The notes below the pieces were generated by a model. That model saw only the letters and a list, made by a program, of their open reading frames with translations, made no database searches and was not told the DNA's origin. From Clostridia bacterium (GTDB taxonomy: Bacteria; Bacillota; Clostridia; UBA1381), in contig JAXEIW010000042.1 in the NCBI GenBank assembly GCA_034101885.1, positions 1 to 62,019 of the forward strand: a DNA stretch of 62,019 nucleotides. The letters run 5' to 3'. Shown here piece after piece: positions 24,911-33,883 of this stretch. The first letter of the stretch is position 1. Every line of letters starts with the position of its first letter. The position numbers and the translations under genes were made by a program.

Positions 24911-26908
24911 TTATTTTTTGTTTTCTTCAATATATTCTTTTATTGTGTCCTTAAGTCTTTCTCTTGCCTCGGTTACCGATACATTTTTAAGCTGACATCC
25001 CGCAACCGTCATATGACCGCCCCCACCAAGCTTTTCCATTATTATCTGCACATTTATATCTCCGAAGGATCTTGCCGACAAACAAGCTCCGGTTTCTCCC
25101 GGATATATAACAAAAGCAGCTTTAATACCGGAAATATTGAGCATTTCATCCGCAGCCTGTGAAGAAATAACACGCATATTGTTAAATCCGTCTTTGCAAA
25201 CCGAAACAGCAATATCACTGTTCCAAATTTCCGTCTTTTTAACAATTTCAAGACGCTTTATATAATCGTCATAAGAAAGATTAAACAGCCTTTTGACCTC
25301 CATGGTATTAACACCGTATCGCTTTAAATAAGAAGCGGCTTCAAAGGTGCGCACTCCGGTTTTTGTAACAAAATTTTTTGTATCCATTAGTATGCCCATA
25401 TATAAAGCCTTCGCTTCAAATGCAGACATTTTCTTCCTGTCATCTATATACTGCAATATTTCCGTTACCATTTCACAGGTCGATGAAGCATACGGTTCAA
25501 GATACGACAGGGATAGATTATCTATAAATTCCGTGCTTCTTCTGTGATGGTCAATAAGTACAATTTTACTTGCAATATTTAATAAATTCTTTTCCGGAAG
25601 CATAGACGGTCTGTGAGTATCAAGAACTATAAGAACGCTGTCCTTTGTTATTATCTCTTCTGCCGCATTAGGTGAAATAACGACATTTTGATATTCCGGC
25701 ATTTTCATCATCTCATCATACATCGGCTTCACGGCAGGTGAATTATCCAAAATAATGAAGGAATTTGTGTTTAAAAGCCGACAAGCGCTCATCATTCCGA
25801 TGCTTGCTCCGAAGCAGTCATAATCGGCAGCACTGTGTCCCATAAAAAATACCTTATCGGCATGAGTTATGACCTCTCTTAATGTTTTTGCAAACATTCT
25901 TGTCTTTACTCTGGTACTTTTTTCATAGTCTTTGGCTGTTCCGCCGTAAAATTTAAACTGTCCGTGCTCCTTTATTGCAGCCTGATCGCCGCCTCTGCCC
26001 CATACCATTTCAACGGCATTTCTTGCATAGCTTTCATTTTCTATCAGATGGTCGCCTGTTCCTATTCCTATGCTTATAGTTATCGGCTCTTTTATTTCAT
26101 CGCCTATTGCCCTGATATTTTCCAAAATATCAAATTTTGTTTTTATATAATTTTCAAGATACTGATGTTCAAAAAATACAAGGTATCTGTCGGAATCGGT
26201 TTTCTTCATTACACCTTTTCCCTCGGCAACCCATTTTGAAATAACGCTGTTTATCTTACCGATTGTTTCCTGACTTTTATTGTCATCCATCGATTGAAAC
26301 ACATCATCATAATTATCTATGGATATAATCGCAACATCCACCTTTTCATCCATATGAAGCTTTTGCGCATTTAATTCTTCCGTCTTATCATCAAAGTACA
26401 ATAAAACCGAATACTGTTCATTTTCATTTTCTTCTTTTCTCTTGATTATATTTCCCAAAACATTATAATACCGTCCGTTATATTCAATATTAAAATTAAT
26501 GGAATCGGTAGATTTTAATATTTCTGTCCATTTTAATGCCGGAATAAGCTCCGGCAGCGACACGTCATACAAAGCATTCTGCGACAGCATTTGTGAAACC
26601 ATTTCGTTAAACCAAACAATTTTTCCGTCAATGCTCAGCACAACCATCGGCAAAGGAAATCTTGACAAAACCTCATTTGCCATATTACCGCTTTTCTCGG
26701 TAATAATCGACATAAATTCTGCCATTTCCCTGCTGCGTGTCTTTGAAGATGAAACCATATATACAATAATAAATATGCTTGCAATAAATTCTGCGGCAGC
26801 AATACCTATATTATCTTTGCAGATATTCAATACACCGGCAATACACAGCATTACAATACACAAAAACGGTATATTATATTGTGTATGCCTGTTATATGTT
26901 TTTTTCAT
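24911..26908 (-). CDS. gdpP: GdpP/YybT-type DHH-DHHA1 phosphodiesterase (cyclic-di-AMP phosphodiesterase)
   Basis: Two N-terminal TM helices, HSAADYDCFGAS, VLIDHHRRS (DHH) and GGGGHMTVAG (GGGH). The gene order gdpP-rplI-dnaB matches B. subtilis. ATG 26908 lies behind GAAAGGA, and ATG 26974 is the alternative. Confidence 0.85.
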   Translation of the reverse strand: MKKTYNRHTQYNIPFLCIVMLCIAGVLNICKDNIGIAAAEFIASIFIIVYMVSSSKTRSREMAEFMSIITEKSGNMANEVLSRFPLPMVVLSIDGKIVWFNEMVSQMLSQNALYDVSLPELIPALKWTEILKSTDSINFNIEYNGRYYNVLGNIIKRKEENENEQYSVLLYFDDKTEELNAQKLHMDEKVDVAIISIDNYDDVFQSMDDNKSQETIGKINSVISKWVAEGKGVMKKTDSDRYLVFFEHQYLENYIKTKFDILENIRAIGDEIKEPITISIGIGTGDHLIENESYARNAVEMVWGRGGDQAAIKEHGQFKFYGGTAKDYEKSTRVKTRMFAKTLREVITHADKVFFMGHSAADYDCFGASIGMMSACRLLNTNSFIILDNSPAVKPMYDEMMKMPEYQNVVISPNAAEEIITKDSVLIVLDTHRPSMLPEKNLLNIASKIVLIDHHRRSTEFIDNLSLSYLEPYASSTCEMVTEILQYIDDRKKMSAFEAKALYMGILMDTKNFVTKTGVRTFEAASYLKRYGVNTMEVKRLFNLSYDDYIKRLEIVKKTEIWNSDIAVSVCKDGFNNMRVISSQAADEMLNISGIKAAFVIYPGETGACLSARSFGDINVQIIMEKLGGGGHMTVAGCQLKNVSVTEARERLKDTIKEYIEENKK

Positions 26909-26997
26909 AATATAATAATCCTTTCGGGAATCACTGTTTAAATCTGCTTTTGTATCATTTAATGTGATTTTCATATAAAACCATCAATTATATCACA

Positions 26998-27026
26998 ATT
27001 GTATCACATTTCTTCCTTTTAGTCAA
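26998..27026 (-). promoter_or_regulatory. Sigma-A type promoter for gdpP-rplI-dnaB
   Basis: The minus strand reads TTGACT - 17 nt - TACAAT. Confidence 0.55.
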
Positions 27027-27214
27027 CAGAAAAATTTATTTCAAAACAATATAGTCAAATATTTGTTGAAAAAGCTGATTTTTTTCTCAAATGTAAATCA
27101 TACCCATATTCAATTATCCGTTTTGAGGAATCCGGCTTCTTTTCAGATAAGAAATATAAAATTAACATAAAAGAACATCCTTAATTCCACGTAAACCTTT
27201 TATAATATTATAGC

Positions 27215-27279
27215 AAAATCCGTATTCCCGTAAAAGCTAAAATGTTGATAAAATCAGCTTTGACAGATATACGGATTTT
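27215..27279 (-). terminator. Long bidirectional hairpin terminator downstream of the GH2 gene
   Basis: AAAATCCGTAT ... ATACGGATTTT (11 bp) with the inner stem AAAGCT/AGCTTT. The T run is strong on the + side and there is a U4 on the minus side. Confidence 0.5.
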
Positions 27280-27437
27280 TGATTTTTTTATTATTGCGAC
27301 AATTTACATAGTTCTGATTTTTTGAGAAAACTTATATTTATGGCTGCTTAACAATTTCACACAAATATTTTCTCTAAACCATTTGTTCAGTAGACATTAT
27401 ATTAAGTTGCCTTTTATGTTTCTTTTCATCACACACA

Positions 27438-30317
27438 TTATCTGCAATCAAAATTCTCTTTTACCTCCGCAATATTTTTTTTGATATACGTTTTTGAGAG
27501 AGCTTCGGTTTTAATATCATATTCTGTGTTTTCAAAAACACCGTCGTCTTTTTTCATTACAAATACAAATCTGAAGCTGTGCGGTTTAAGCTCATATTCT
27601 TCCTCAGGGTTAGGTCCGCAGGAAGCACTTCCCAATCCTCGGTTTTTATAGTCTATATACAAATATGTTCTGTCGGATTTTTTTATTTCGCCCTTATGCT
27701 GTGCTTTCATCAGTTCCTCAAAGCTGTAATCATGTACGCTGAATTCATAAGTATCGCATCCTATAAAGGATATTCCTCCGATATTAAGAAAATACGTATC
27801 ACATCTGTTTCCGTTTTCCTGCGGTCTTTCATATTCCACACTCATATCCGAAATATTTTGAGTATATTTACCGAAAATTGCACTCTGCTTTCTATCGGCA
27901 TAATTCTCATGGATACCTCTGCCATACCATTCAACTTTATCACATTTGGGCATTTCCAACGCAACACCTATTCTCGGCAAGATTTCCGGCATATTACCGT
28001 AAGGTTCTCCCGTTACTGAAATCATTATTCTTCCGTTTTTGTAAACCCGGTATTCAATTTCGGCAAAAAATCCTACAAATTTACCCTCCGGAAGTATCTT
28101 TCCCTTAAATTTAAATATTACCTCATCTTCTTTCTCAACAGTACTGCTTTCCTCTGTGAAGAAATTAAAATATCTAAGTAAAGCATTATCCCATGTCTTT
28201 GTGATTGTTTCATGTTTGTCCTTTATTCCGTCATTGTCGGTCGGTTTTCTGTAGAAATTGAGTTTTATCGGTGTATCAATATATACCTGTCCGTCAAGAA
28301 GATATTTTGAAATCATTCCGTTTTTAAACTCTATTTCAAAATTATCTCCCTCAATTCCTTTTTCTGTAATATTATAGCTAAACTTTTCCTTAATAAATTT
28401 ATCCTTAGGCAGCTTATATGGTAATTCGACCTGTTTAATGTCATCACCGAGTATTATATTTACTCTGTAAACAGAACCATTCTTCATCTGTTTCGGTGTA
28501 ATATCAAAGGTCTTGCTATGTCCCGGGAACAGATCAAGAATCTTTTCTCCGCTTTCTATTACGGTAAAATCCTCCATTAATTCCCATTTAACAGCCTTTA
28601 TGCTTGTAAAATCATTTGTGTTTGTAATCTTTATTCCGTTGTCATACTCACACCATATAGGCGACAATACATATTTAAGTTCCTTTAATGACGGCTTAGG
28701 TATGCCGTCCGAAAAAACAAAACCATCCAAATTAAAATTATACGCATGATTTGCCTCTCCAAAATCTCCGCCGTAAAGATATGTTCCATCCTTTAAAAAT
28801 CCATGATTTTTAAATTCCCATACAAACCCACCGGCAAAGGTTTTGTAATGATATATCATTTTCCAATACTCACTCAAAGCTCCGGGGCCGTTTCCCATTG
28901 CGTGGGCATACTCGGTCAAAATAACAGGCTTATCACACAATTTATCCGTTTCATACTCAATCTGTTCCAACATCCATATCGGGCAGTATCCGCACTGTCG
29001 AAAATCGGTATATTGGGGTATATGCGTATCGTCCTGTACATGCAAAATAGGTTTATTTATGTACCTTGTTCTCAAATATTCGGCACATTTTACAAGATTA
29101 TCTCCGCTCCCGCACTCATTGCATATAGACCAAATAACTATACAAGTCTCATTTTTATCTCGTTCATACATTCTTTCCACTCTGTCCATATATGCCGAAA
29201 GCCAGTTTTGATCCTTACTAAGATAACCTTGGTCGCCTGTTACTCCGCAGCCATGGCTTTCAAGATCTGCCTCATCCATAACATAAAAGCCCATCTCATT
29301 ACAAAGCTCATAAAAAAACGGTTGGTTGGGATAATGACTGCAACGTATCGCATTCACATTGCTTTTCTTTAACAGTTCAAGTTCTCTTTTAGTTGTTTCG
29401 TAATCAATTGCACGTCCGTTATCAGGCAGATGTTCATGTCTGTTTACTCCCTTAAGCTTTATAGGAGTTTTATTTATGCAAAGTGCACCGTCAATTATTT
29501 CAACCTGTCTCAAACCAACCTTTTTTGTATGCCTTTCAATCAATTCATTTTTATAATACAATTCTATAACAACCTCATATAAATTTGGTGTTTCCGCATT
29601 CCACAAGCATGGATTCTCAATTTTGAAGGTATGATTTTTGTCATGAGTGATTTGATTGTCTGCCAATACCCTTATACTCCAATCTTCCTTTAGGTCAACG
29701 TCAACATTTACCTCAATTTCAGACATTGTTGTCTTTATTGTATAGTCCCAAATACTCACATCATCAAGTAAAATCAGATATACTGCTCTGAAAATTCCGC
29801 TTGCAAGGAACATATCCTGTGCTTCCAGATAGCTTGCATCGGAATATGTATACACCTTTACATACAAAGAATTTTCTCCTTCATGCAAAAACTCTGTTAT
29901 ATCAAACTCATGAGGATTGCGGCTTCCCTTTGCAAAACCTGCCTCTTTATCATTTACATATACATAAAACGCATTATCTACACCGTCAAAATGCAGAATT
30001 GTTTTTCTGCTCACCTTATCTAAAGTAAATTTTCTTCTGTATTCACCTATCGTATTATAAGTCCCTATATACGGCGGATTGAATGGGAAGGGATAATCAA
30101 CATTGGTATATCTCGGTATTCCGTAACCGTGATACTGCCACATCGAAGGCACAGCTATAGTCCCCCAAGCTCCATTATCATATCTGAATTCATATTCTCC
30201 GCACAAATCAAAAATTCTCTTTTCGGGCTTTATTATACTTCTTGCCGGCAAAGCATTAACCGATGCCACCGCCGGTTTTTCTATGCAATTGATATCTTTA
30301 ACCTCGTTTTCGTTCAA
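27438..30317 (-). CDS. lacZ: GH2 beta-galactosidase (LacZ-type), cytoplasmic
   Basis: NAIRCSHYPN, IVIWSICNECG and ILTEYAHAMGNGPG (the LacZ nucleophile motif). The TTG start overlaps the upstream stop as TTGA. Confidence 0.85.
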   Translation of the reverse strand: MNENEVKDINCIEKPAVASVNALPARSIIKPEKRIFDLCGEYEFRYDNGAWGTIAVPSMWQYHGYGIPRYTNVDYPFPFNPPYIGTYNTIGEYRRKFTLDKVSRKTILHFDGVDNAFYVYVNDKEAGFAKGSRNPHEFDITEFLHEGENSLYVKVYTYSDASYLEAQDMFLASGIFRAVYLILLDDVSIWDYTIKTTMSEIEVNVDVDLKEDWSIRVLADNQITHDKNHTFKIENPCLWNAETPNLYEVVIELYYKNELIERHTKKVGLRQVEIIDGALCINKTPIKLKGVNRHEHLPDNGRAIDYETTKRELELLKKSNVNAIRCSHYPNQPFFYELCNEMGFYVMDEADLESHGCGVTGDQGYLSKDQNWLSAYMDRVERMYERDKNETCIVIWSICNECGSGDNLVKCAEYLRTRYINKPILHVQDDTHIPQYTDFRQCGYCPIWMLEQIEYETDKLCDKPVILTEYAHAMGNGPGALSEYWKMIYHYKTFAGGFVWEFKNHGFLKDGTYLYGGDFGEANHAYNFNLDGFVFSDGIPKPSLKELKYVLSPIWCEYDNGIKITNTNDFTSIKAVKWELMEDFTVIESGEKILDLFPGHSKTFDITPKQMKNGSVYRVNIILGDDIKQVELPYKLPKDKFIKEKFSYNITEKGIEGDNFEIEFKNGMISKYLLDGQVYIDTPIKLNFYRKPTDNDGIKDKHETITKTWDNALLRYFNFFTEESSTVEKEDEVIFKFKGKILPEGKFVGFFAEIEYRVYKNGRIMISVTGEPYGNMPEILPRIGVALEMPKCDKVEWYGRGIHENYADRKQSAIFGKYTQNISDMSVEYERPQENGNRCDTYFLNIGGISFIGCDTYEFSVHDYSFEELMKAQHKGEIKKSDRTYLYIDYKNRGLGSASCGPNPEEEYELKPHSFRFVFVMKKDDGVFENTEYDIKTEALSKTYIKKNIAEVKENFDCR

Positions 30318-31651
30318 CTCAATTTAACATTTTTAAAACAAATAACAGGAAGCTGCGTATCCAAATCGATAATTATATACTGAGGATTTGCACCGCAGTG
30401 TATTTTTATATGTGTTTCATTTTCAATCTTTCTTTCAGTCTTTATGATGATTTTATTAATATTAACGCTATAATCAACCGAATTATTTTTTCCCTTATTA
30501 TCCTCAATACATATGGGAAGCAAATCCGCCGAAGCATTAAAGGTATATAAATTTCCAACAACATTTGAAAAGGTTAATTCTATTTCATCTGACTTAATTT
30601 TTTTAGCCTGCACAAGTTCCGGGGATTTATATGCCTTTACTTTATTATATATTACATCCAATGCAAGCATTGCAGCTCTCTCGCCAATTGCCCTGTTAGA
30701 AGACACACTGTTGTGAATATCGTCCGACATGGTTTTTAAATCTATTGTTGGTATTACATATACGTTTTCCGCCTTATATGGCATCTGACGCTGAATTTCC
30801 CTTATATTTTCATATCCTTCATCCTTCAACTCCATATCTTTACCCGCAAAAAATCTGTTAAGCTGAAATGTAATAACCGGCAATGAATCATCTTTAAAAA
30901 TTTGTCTTATTGTATTAAGATAATTCATAAATTTTTCTTCATAATCATCGAAGTTGTTGAGAACCGCCTCATTGCATCCCTGATACCACAGCACTCCTTT
31001 TATTTTCCCAATATTTTCTCTTCTGATCTTTTCGATATGCTCACCGCCGCTAATCCATGAGGTTATGGGTGAGCCGCCTATCGCCCTCGGAATAATTCCT
31101 ATAGGATAACCCAGCTTTTGTGTAAGCAGCTTTGCAAAAATCATAAACGGATTATGTAATCCACCATCTCCGAAAGGATGGCAAGCCATCTCCCAATGTC
31201 CTTCGGAATCAAGCTTGCGGACATTCATGTCAGGAGAATCAAAATGCAGTCCGTGGGCTCTGCCCTGCGCATTGCTTTGACCTGTTATTATGTATATATC
31301 TCCAACACCTATATGGCACGCCGCATTATTTATTTCCCATTTTATAAATTCATTCCCGTCAAAAAACACATTTTTCATTTGTATTGCGTAAGGTCCTCCT
31401 ACAGGAATATCTTTAATTGTACATTCCCATTTGCCGTTCTCTGCCTTTGCCGAAATCCACGGAGATAAAATTTCGCCTGTCCTTTCATCAACGCATCTTA
31501 CTTCTGCTCCGTAAAACATTTTAAAAAATTTTTTTTCCATTTCCAAAACCGGATTAACAAGCCAGCCGTCAGCCTCACCACTGATACTTATATCAGCTTT
31601 TCCGTTAATCTGTTGAAATACCTGCCAGTTTTGTATTCCGTAAACTTTCAT
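30314..31651 (-). CDS. Sialate/carbohydrate O-acetylesterase-like (SASA/DUF303), cytoplasmic
   Basis: ITGQSNAQG (GQSN), VLWYQGCNE and SDDIHNS (DxxH), with no signal peptide. Confidence 0.7.
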   Translation of the reverse strand: MKVYGIQNWQVFQQINGKADISISGEADGWLVNPVLEMEKKFFKMFYGAEVRCVDERTGEILSPWISAKAENGKWECTIKDIPVGGPYAIQMKNVFFDGNEFIKWEINNAACHIGVGDIYIITGQSNAQGRAHGLHFDSPDMNVRKLDSEGHWEMACHPFGDGGLHNPFMIFAKLLTQKLGYPIGIIPRAIGGSPITSWISGGEHIEKIRRENIGKIKGVLWYQGCNEAVLNNFDDYEEKFMNYLNTIRQIFKDDSLPVITFQLNRFFAGKDMELKDEGYENIREIQRQMPYKAENVYVIPTIDLKTMSDDIHNSVSSNRAIGERAAMLALDVIYNKVKAYKSPELVQAKKIKSDEIELTFSNVVGNLYTFNASADLLPICIEDNKGKNNSVDYSVNINKIIIKTERKIENETHIKIHCGANPQYIIIDLDTQLPVICFKNVKLS

Positions 31652-31831
31652 TTGTATACATTCCTTTCCGTGCCGTCAGGCACAACTATTAATATTAAAC
31701 AATGTTGTTTTTAATATGGTGTACATTTTAATATGCAAAATATAATGTTAAATCACTTAAATCATGAATAAGTTTGTTTTCTTCTTAATGACTCTTCATA
31801 TGTGCGCCACATTTTATACCTGATTAATGCT

Positions 31832-31864
31832 TTAAAAATTGCCGATGGCATATGCCATCGGCAA
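31832..31864 (-). terminator. Strong rho-independent terminator ending the giant surface-protein operon
   Basis: 26-nt perfect palindrome TTGCCGATGGCATATGCCATCGGCAA followed on the minus RNA by UUUUUA. Confidence 0.85.
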
Positions 31865-31866
31865 TA

Positions 31867-31914
31867 AGTCATTTACTTATTCTCAAAGGAAGTCATTTAC
31901 TTGTTCTCAAAGCA
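31867..31914. repeat. 24-bp tandem duplication spanning the stop codon of the SGNH esterase gene
   Basis: AGTCATTTACTTATTCTCAAAGGA / AGTCATTTACTTGTTCTCAAAGCA (22 of 24 identical). Confidence 0.8.
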
Positions 31915-33780
31915 TTCAATTATTTCGCCCAATCTGAATAAATATTTGTCACTTGTCGGATCATCAACAACAACCAATACATTATGCTCTTCTCCGTCAT
32001 TCGGAAGCATTATCCAGTTGCTTGTATAATACATTGTGCTTATAGTGGAATAACACGATAATTTTTTCGTTGTGTAAATCTCACCGTCTATATATACGTT
32101 TGCATCGCTTCCGTGCTCACTGCTTACATATTGCAGGCAAAACTTCTTTGCGGATGTATTAAAGGAGAATGACGCACTTTGTGAATTTTCGGTCTGCATG
32201 ACTCCTCCCACAGCTCTCGGGAAAATAAAGCTCTGCGAAGGGATTTTATCTGTTGTAACAGAGGTTGTATAAGGATTTTCAGAATTATACAAGGTCCATT
32301 CTCCAAAATAGTTTATTCTTTCATCAGAAGCATATACCCTTTTATAAACCGTATTCTCATCATCGGTAAACATCCATTGGCTTTGATTTTCGATTCTTTT
32401 TATATATGCACTCATATTTGTATTAAGTGCGTTTTCTATTGCATCGGCAAAAATAAGATATCCTGCTTCACGAGGATGTACATCGTTTGCCACATAATAA
32501 CCTACTCTATAGAGGTAATCTGTAAAGGTTTCGGCTTCGTTCTTATTTTCTTCATAATCGCTGTACATATAATCGTAAATATTTACCGATCCCAAGCCGT
32601 AATATTCCGCCACTTCATTCTTTTCATTAACACCGTTCAGCCAATTGGTATATCTTTCACTGTCCTTGTTCTGCGGCAGCGGGGCATTCACAAAGATAAC
32701 CGCCGGTTCCTTTTCCATAGCTCTGCATCTTTGAACCATGTATTCCATGTATCTTTTATTTCCGGAATTTCCCAAGCCTCCGCCTGAATCGTTTACGGCA
32801 AATTCTATAAATACAATATCGGGGTTACTGCTTAAAATATGATTATCAAATCTGTATGCTCCGCATGTTGAATCTGTTCCTCCCAATCCGGCATTAACGG
32901 CATGTATTGTCTTATTTGGGAATTTTTCGCCGAAGTATTCGATAATTTGATTTGTCCATTTGTTTGAGCTTGTCGGCAAACTTGTACCCACATAATCAAT
33001 TTCCCCCGCAGTAAGTGAGCCGCCGATAAAAGCTATATTCAGCTCGCCGTCTGCCGTATAGTCTATATTTCCTTCCGAATCGTAAAAATTATCTGCTGCA
33101 TATGTTTTACTGCGGAGCATATCCACCTTTCCCAAAGGAATCATCTCATCCGTTGTCCATGCAAATACCTTAACACACTGTGCATTGTTTGAAGGGACAT
33201 AGTTTACGGTTTTTGAATCCTTTTCGGCATAGCTTACATTTTCTACGCTCTTTTTAACATCAATGAGCTTTTCGTCCGCATCAAATTCCGCAATCATAAA
33301 ATTATATGACTTATCAAAATTCAGCTTATTCTCTGCTGTAATCTTTATAACCGAGTTTTCTCCGTTATTAATATACTTAAGTCCGCTGCCGCTTATAATT
33401 TCAAGAATAACATCAAAATTCGGCTTGCATACCGTCTGCTTTGTAACAAATTCCGAAACATCGTCATTTCCCACATTTATATGCAGCTTGCACTCATTGT
33501 AATTGACGCTGTCCGGCAAAAGGAATTTCTTTGAAAAGCTTCCCTTTTCAATTGTCACCTGGTCGATATATGCTATGGCACCTTCTTTGTCTGTAAGCAA
33601 AACAGTTGCCGCAGTTCCGTCTGAGTATGTCAGCATACTCATATCGCCCTCAAGATAAACAATATTGCTTGCGCTGTTAAGAACAGTACTTACGTCTGCG
33701 TCAAGTGCAAAAACCGTATGTGGAATTATATTTGCAATCAACATTAAAACACTTGCAAATATTTTTGTTTTCATCTTCAT
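31897..33780 (-). CDS. Secreted SGNH/GDSL esterase with N-terminal Ig-like modules and a C-terminal beta-sandwich
   Basis: Signal peptide MKMKTKIFASVLMLIANIIPHTVFA. SGNH blocks FIGGSLTAGE, GLGGTDS, FAVNDSG and NDVHPREAGY. Confidence 0.75.
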   Translation of the reverse strand: MKMKTKIFASVLMLIANIIPHTVFALDADVSTVLNSASNIVYLEGDMSMLTYSDGTAATVLLTDKEGAIAYIDQVTIEKGSFSKKFLLPDSVNYNECKLHINVGNDDVSEFVTKQTVCKPNFDVILEIISGSGLKYINNGENSVIKITAENKLNFDKSYNFMIAEFDADEKLIDVKKSVENVSYAEKDSKTVNYVPSNNAQCVKVFAWTTDEMIPLGKVDMLRSKTYAADNFYDSEGNIDYTADGELNIAFIGGSLTAGEIDYVGTSLPTSSNKWTNQIIEYFGEKFPNKTIHAVNAGLGGTDSTCGAYRFDNHILSSNPDIVFIEFAVNDSGGGLGNSGNKRYMEYMVQRCRAMEKEPAVIFVNAPLPQNKDSERYTNWLNGVNEKNEVAEYYGLGSVNIYDYMYSDYEENKNEAETFTDYLYRVGYYVANDVHPREAGYLIFADAIENALNTNMSAYIKRIENQSQWMFTDDENTVYKRVYASDERINYFGEWTLYNSENPYTTSVTTDKIPSQSFIFPRAVGGVMQTENSQSASFSFNTSAKKFCLQYVSSEHGSDANVYIDGEIYTTKKLSCYSTISTMYYTSNWIMLPNDGEEHNVLVVVDDPTSDKYLFRLGEIIECFENK

Positions 33781-33883
33781 ATCTTTTTCCTTACCTTTCC
33801 GTCGGTGTTTGACCTATATGCGCCACACCCTGCAAACAGAGTATGACGCATAACTGTATTATCTGTATTATCTATATTATTTG

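Noticed and set aside
26975-27437. Small protein or sRNA gene in the 460-nt gap between gdpP and the GH2 gene
   Set aside because: Only 7-10-codon ORFs without SD are present. The hairpin at 27215-27279 is adequately explained as a bidirectional terminator, and the TATAAT at 27201 has no acceptable -35.
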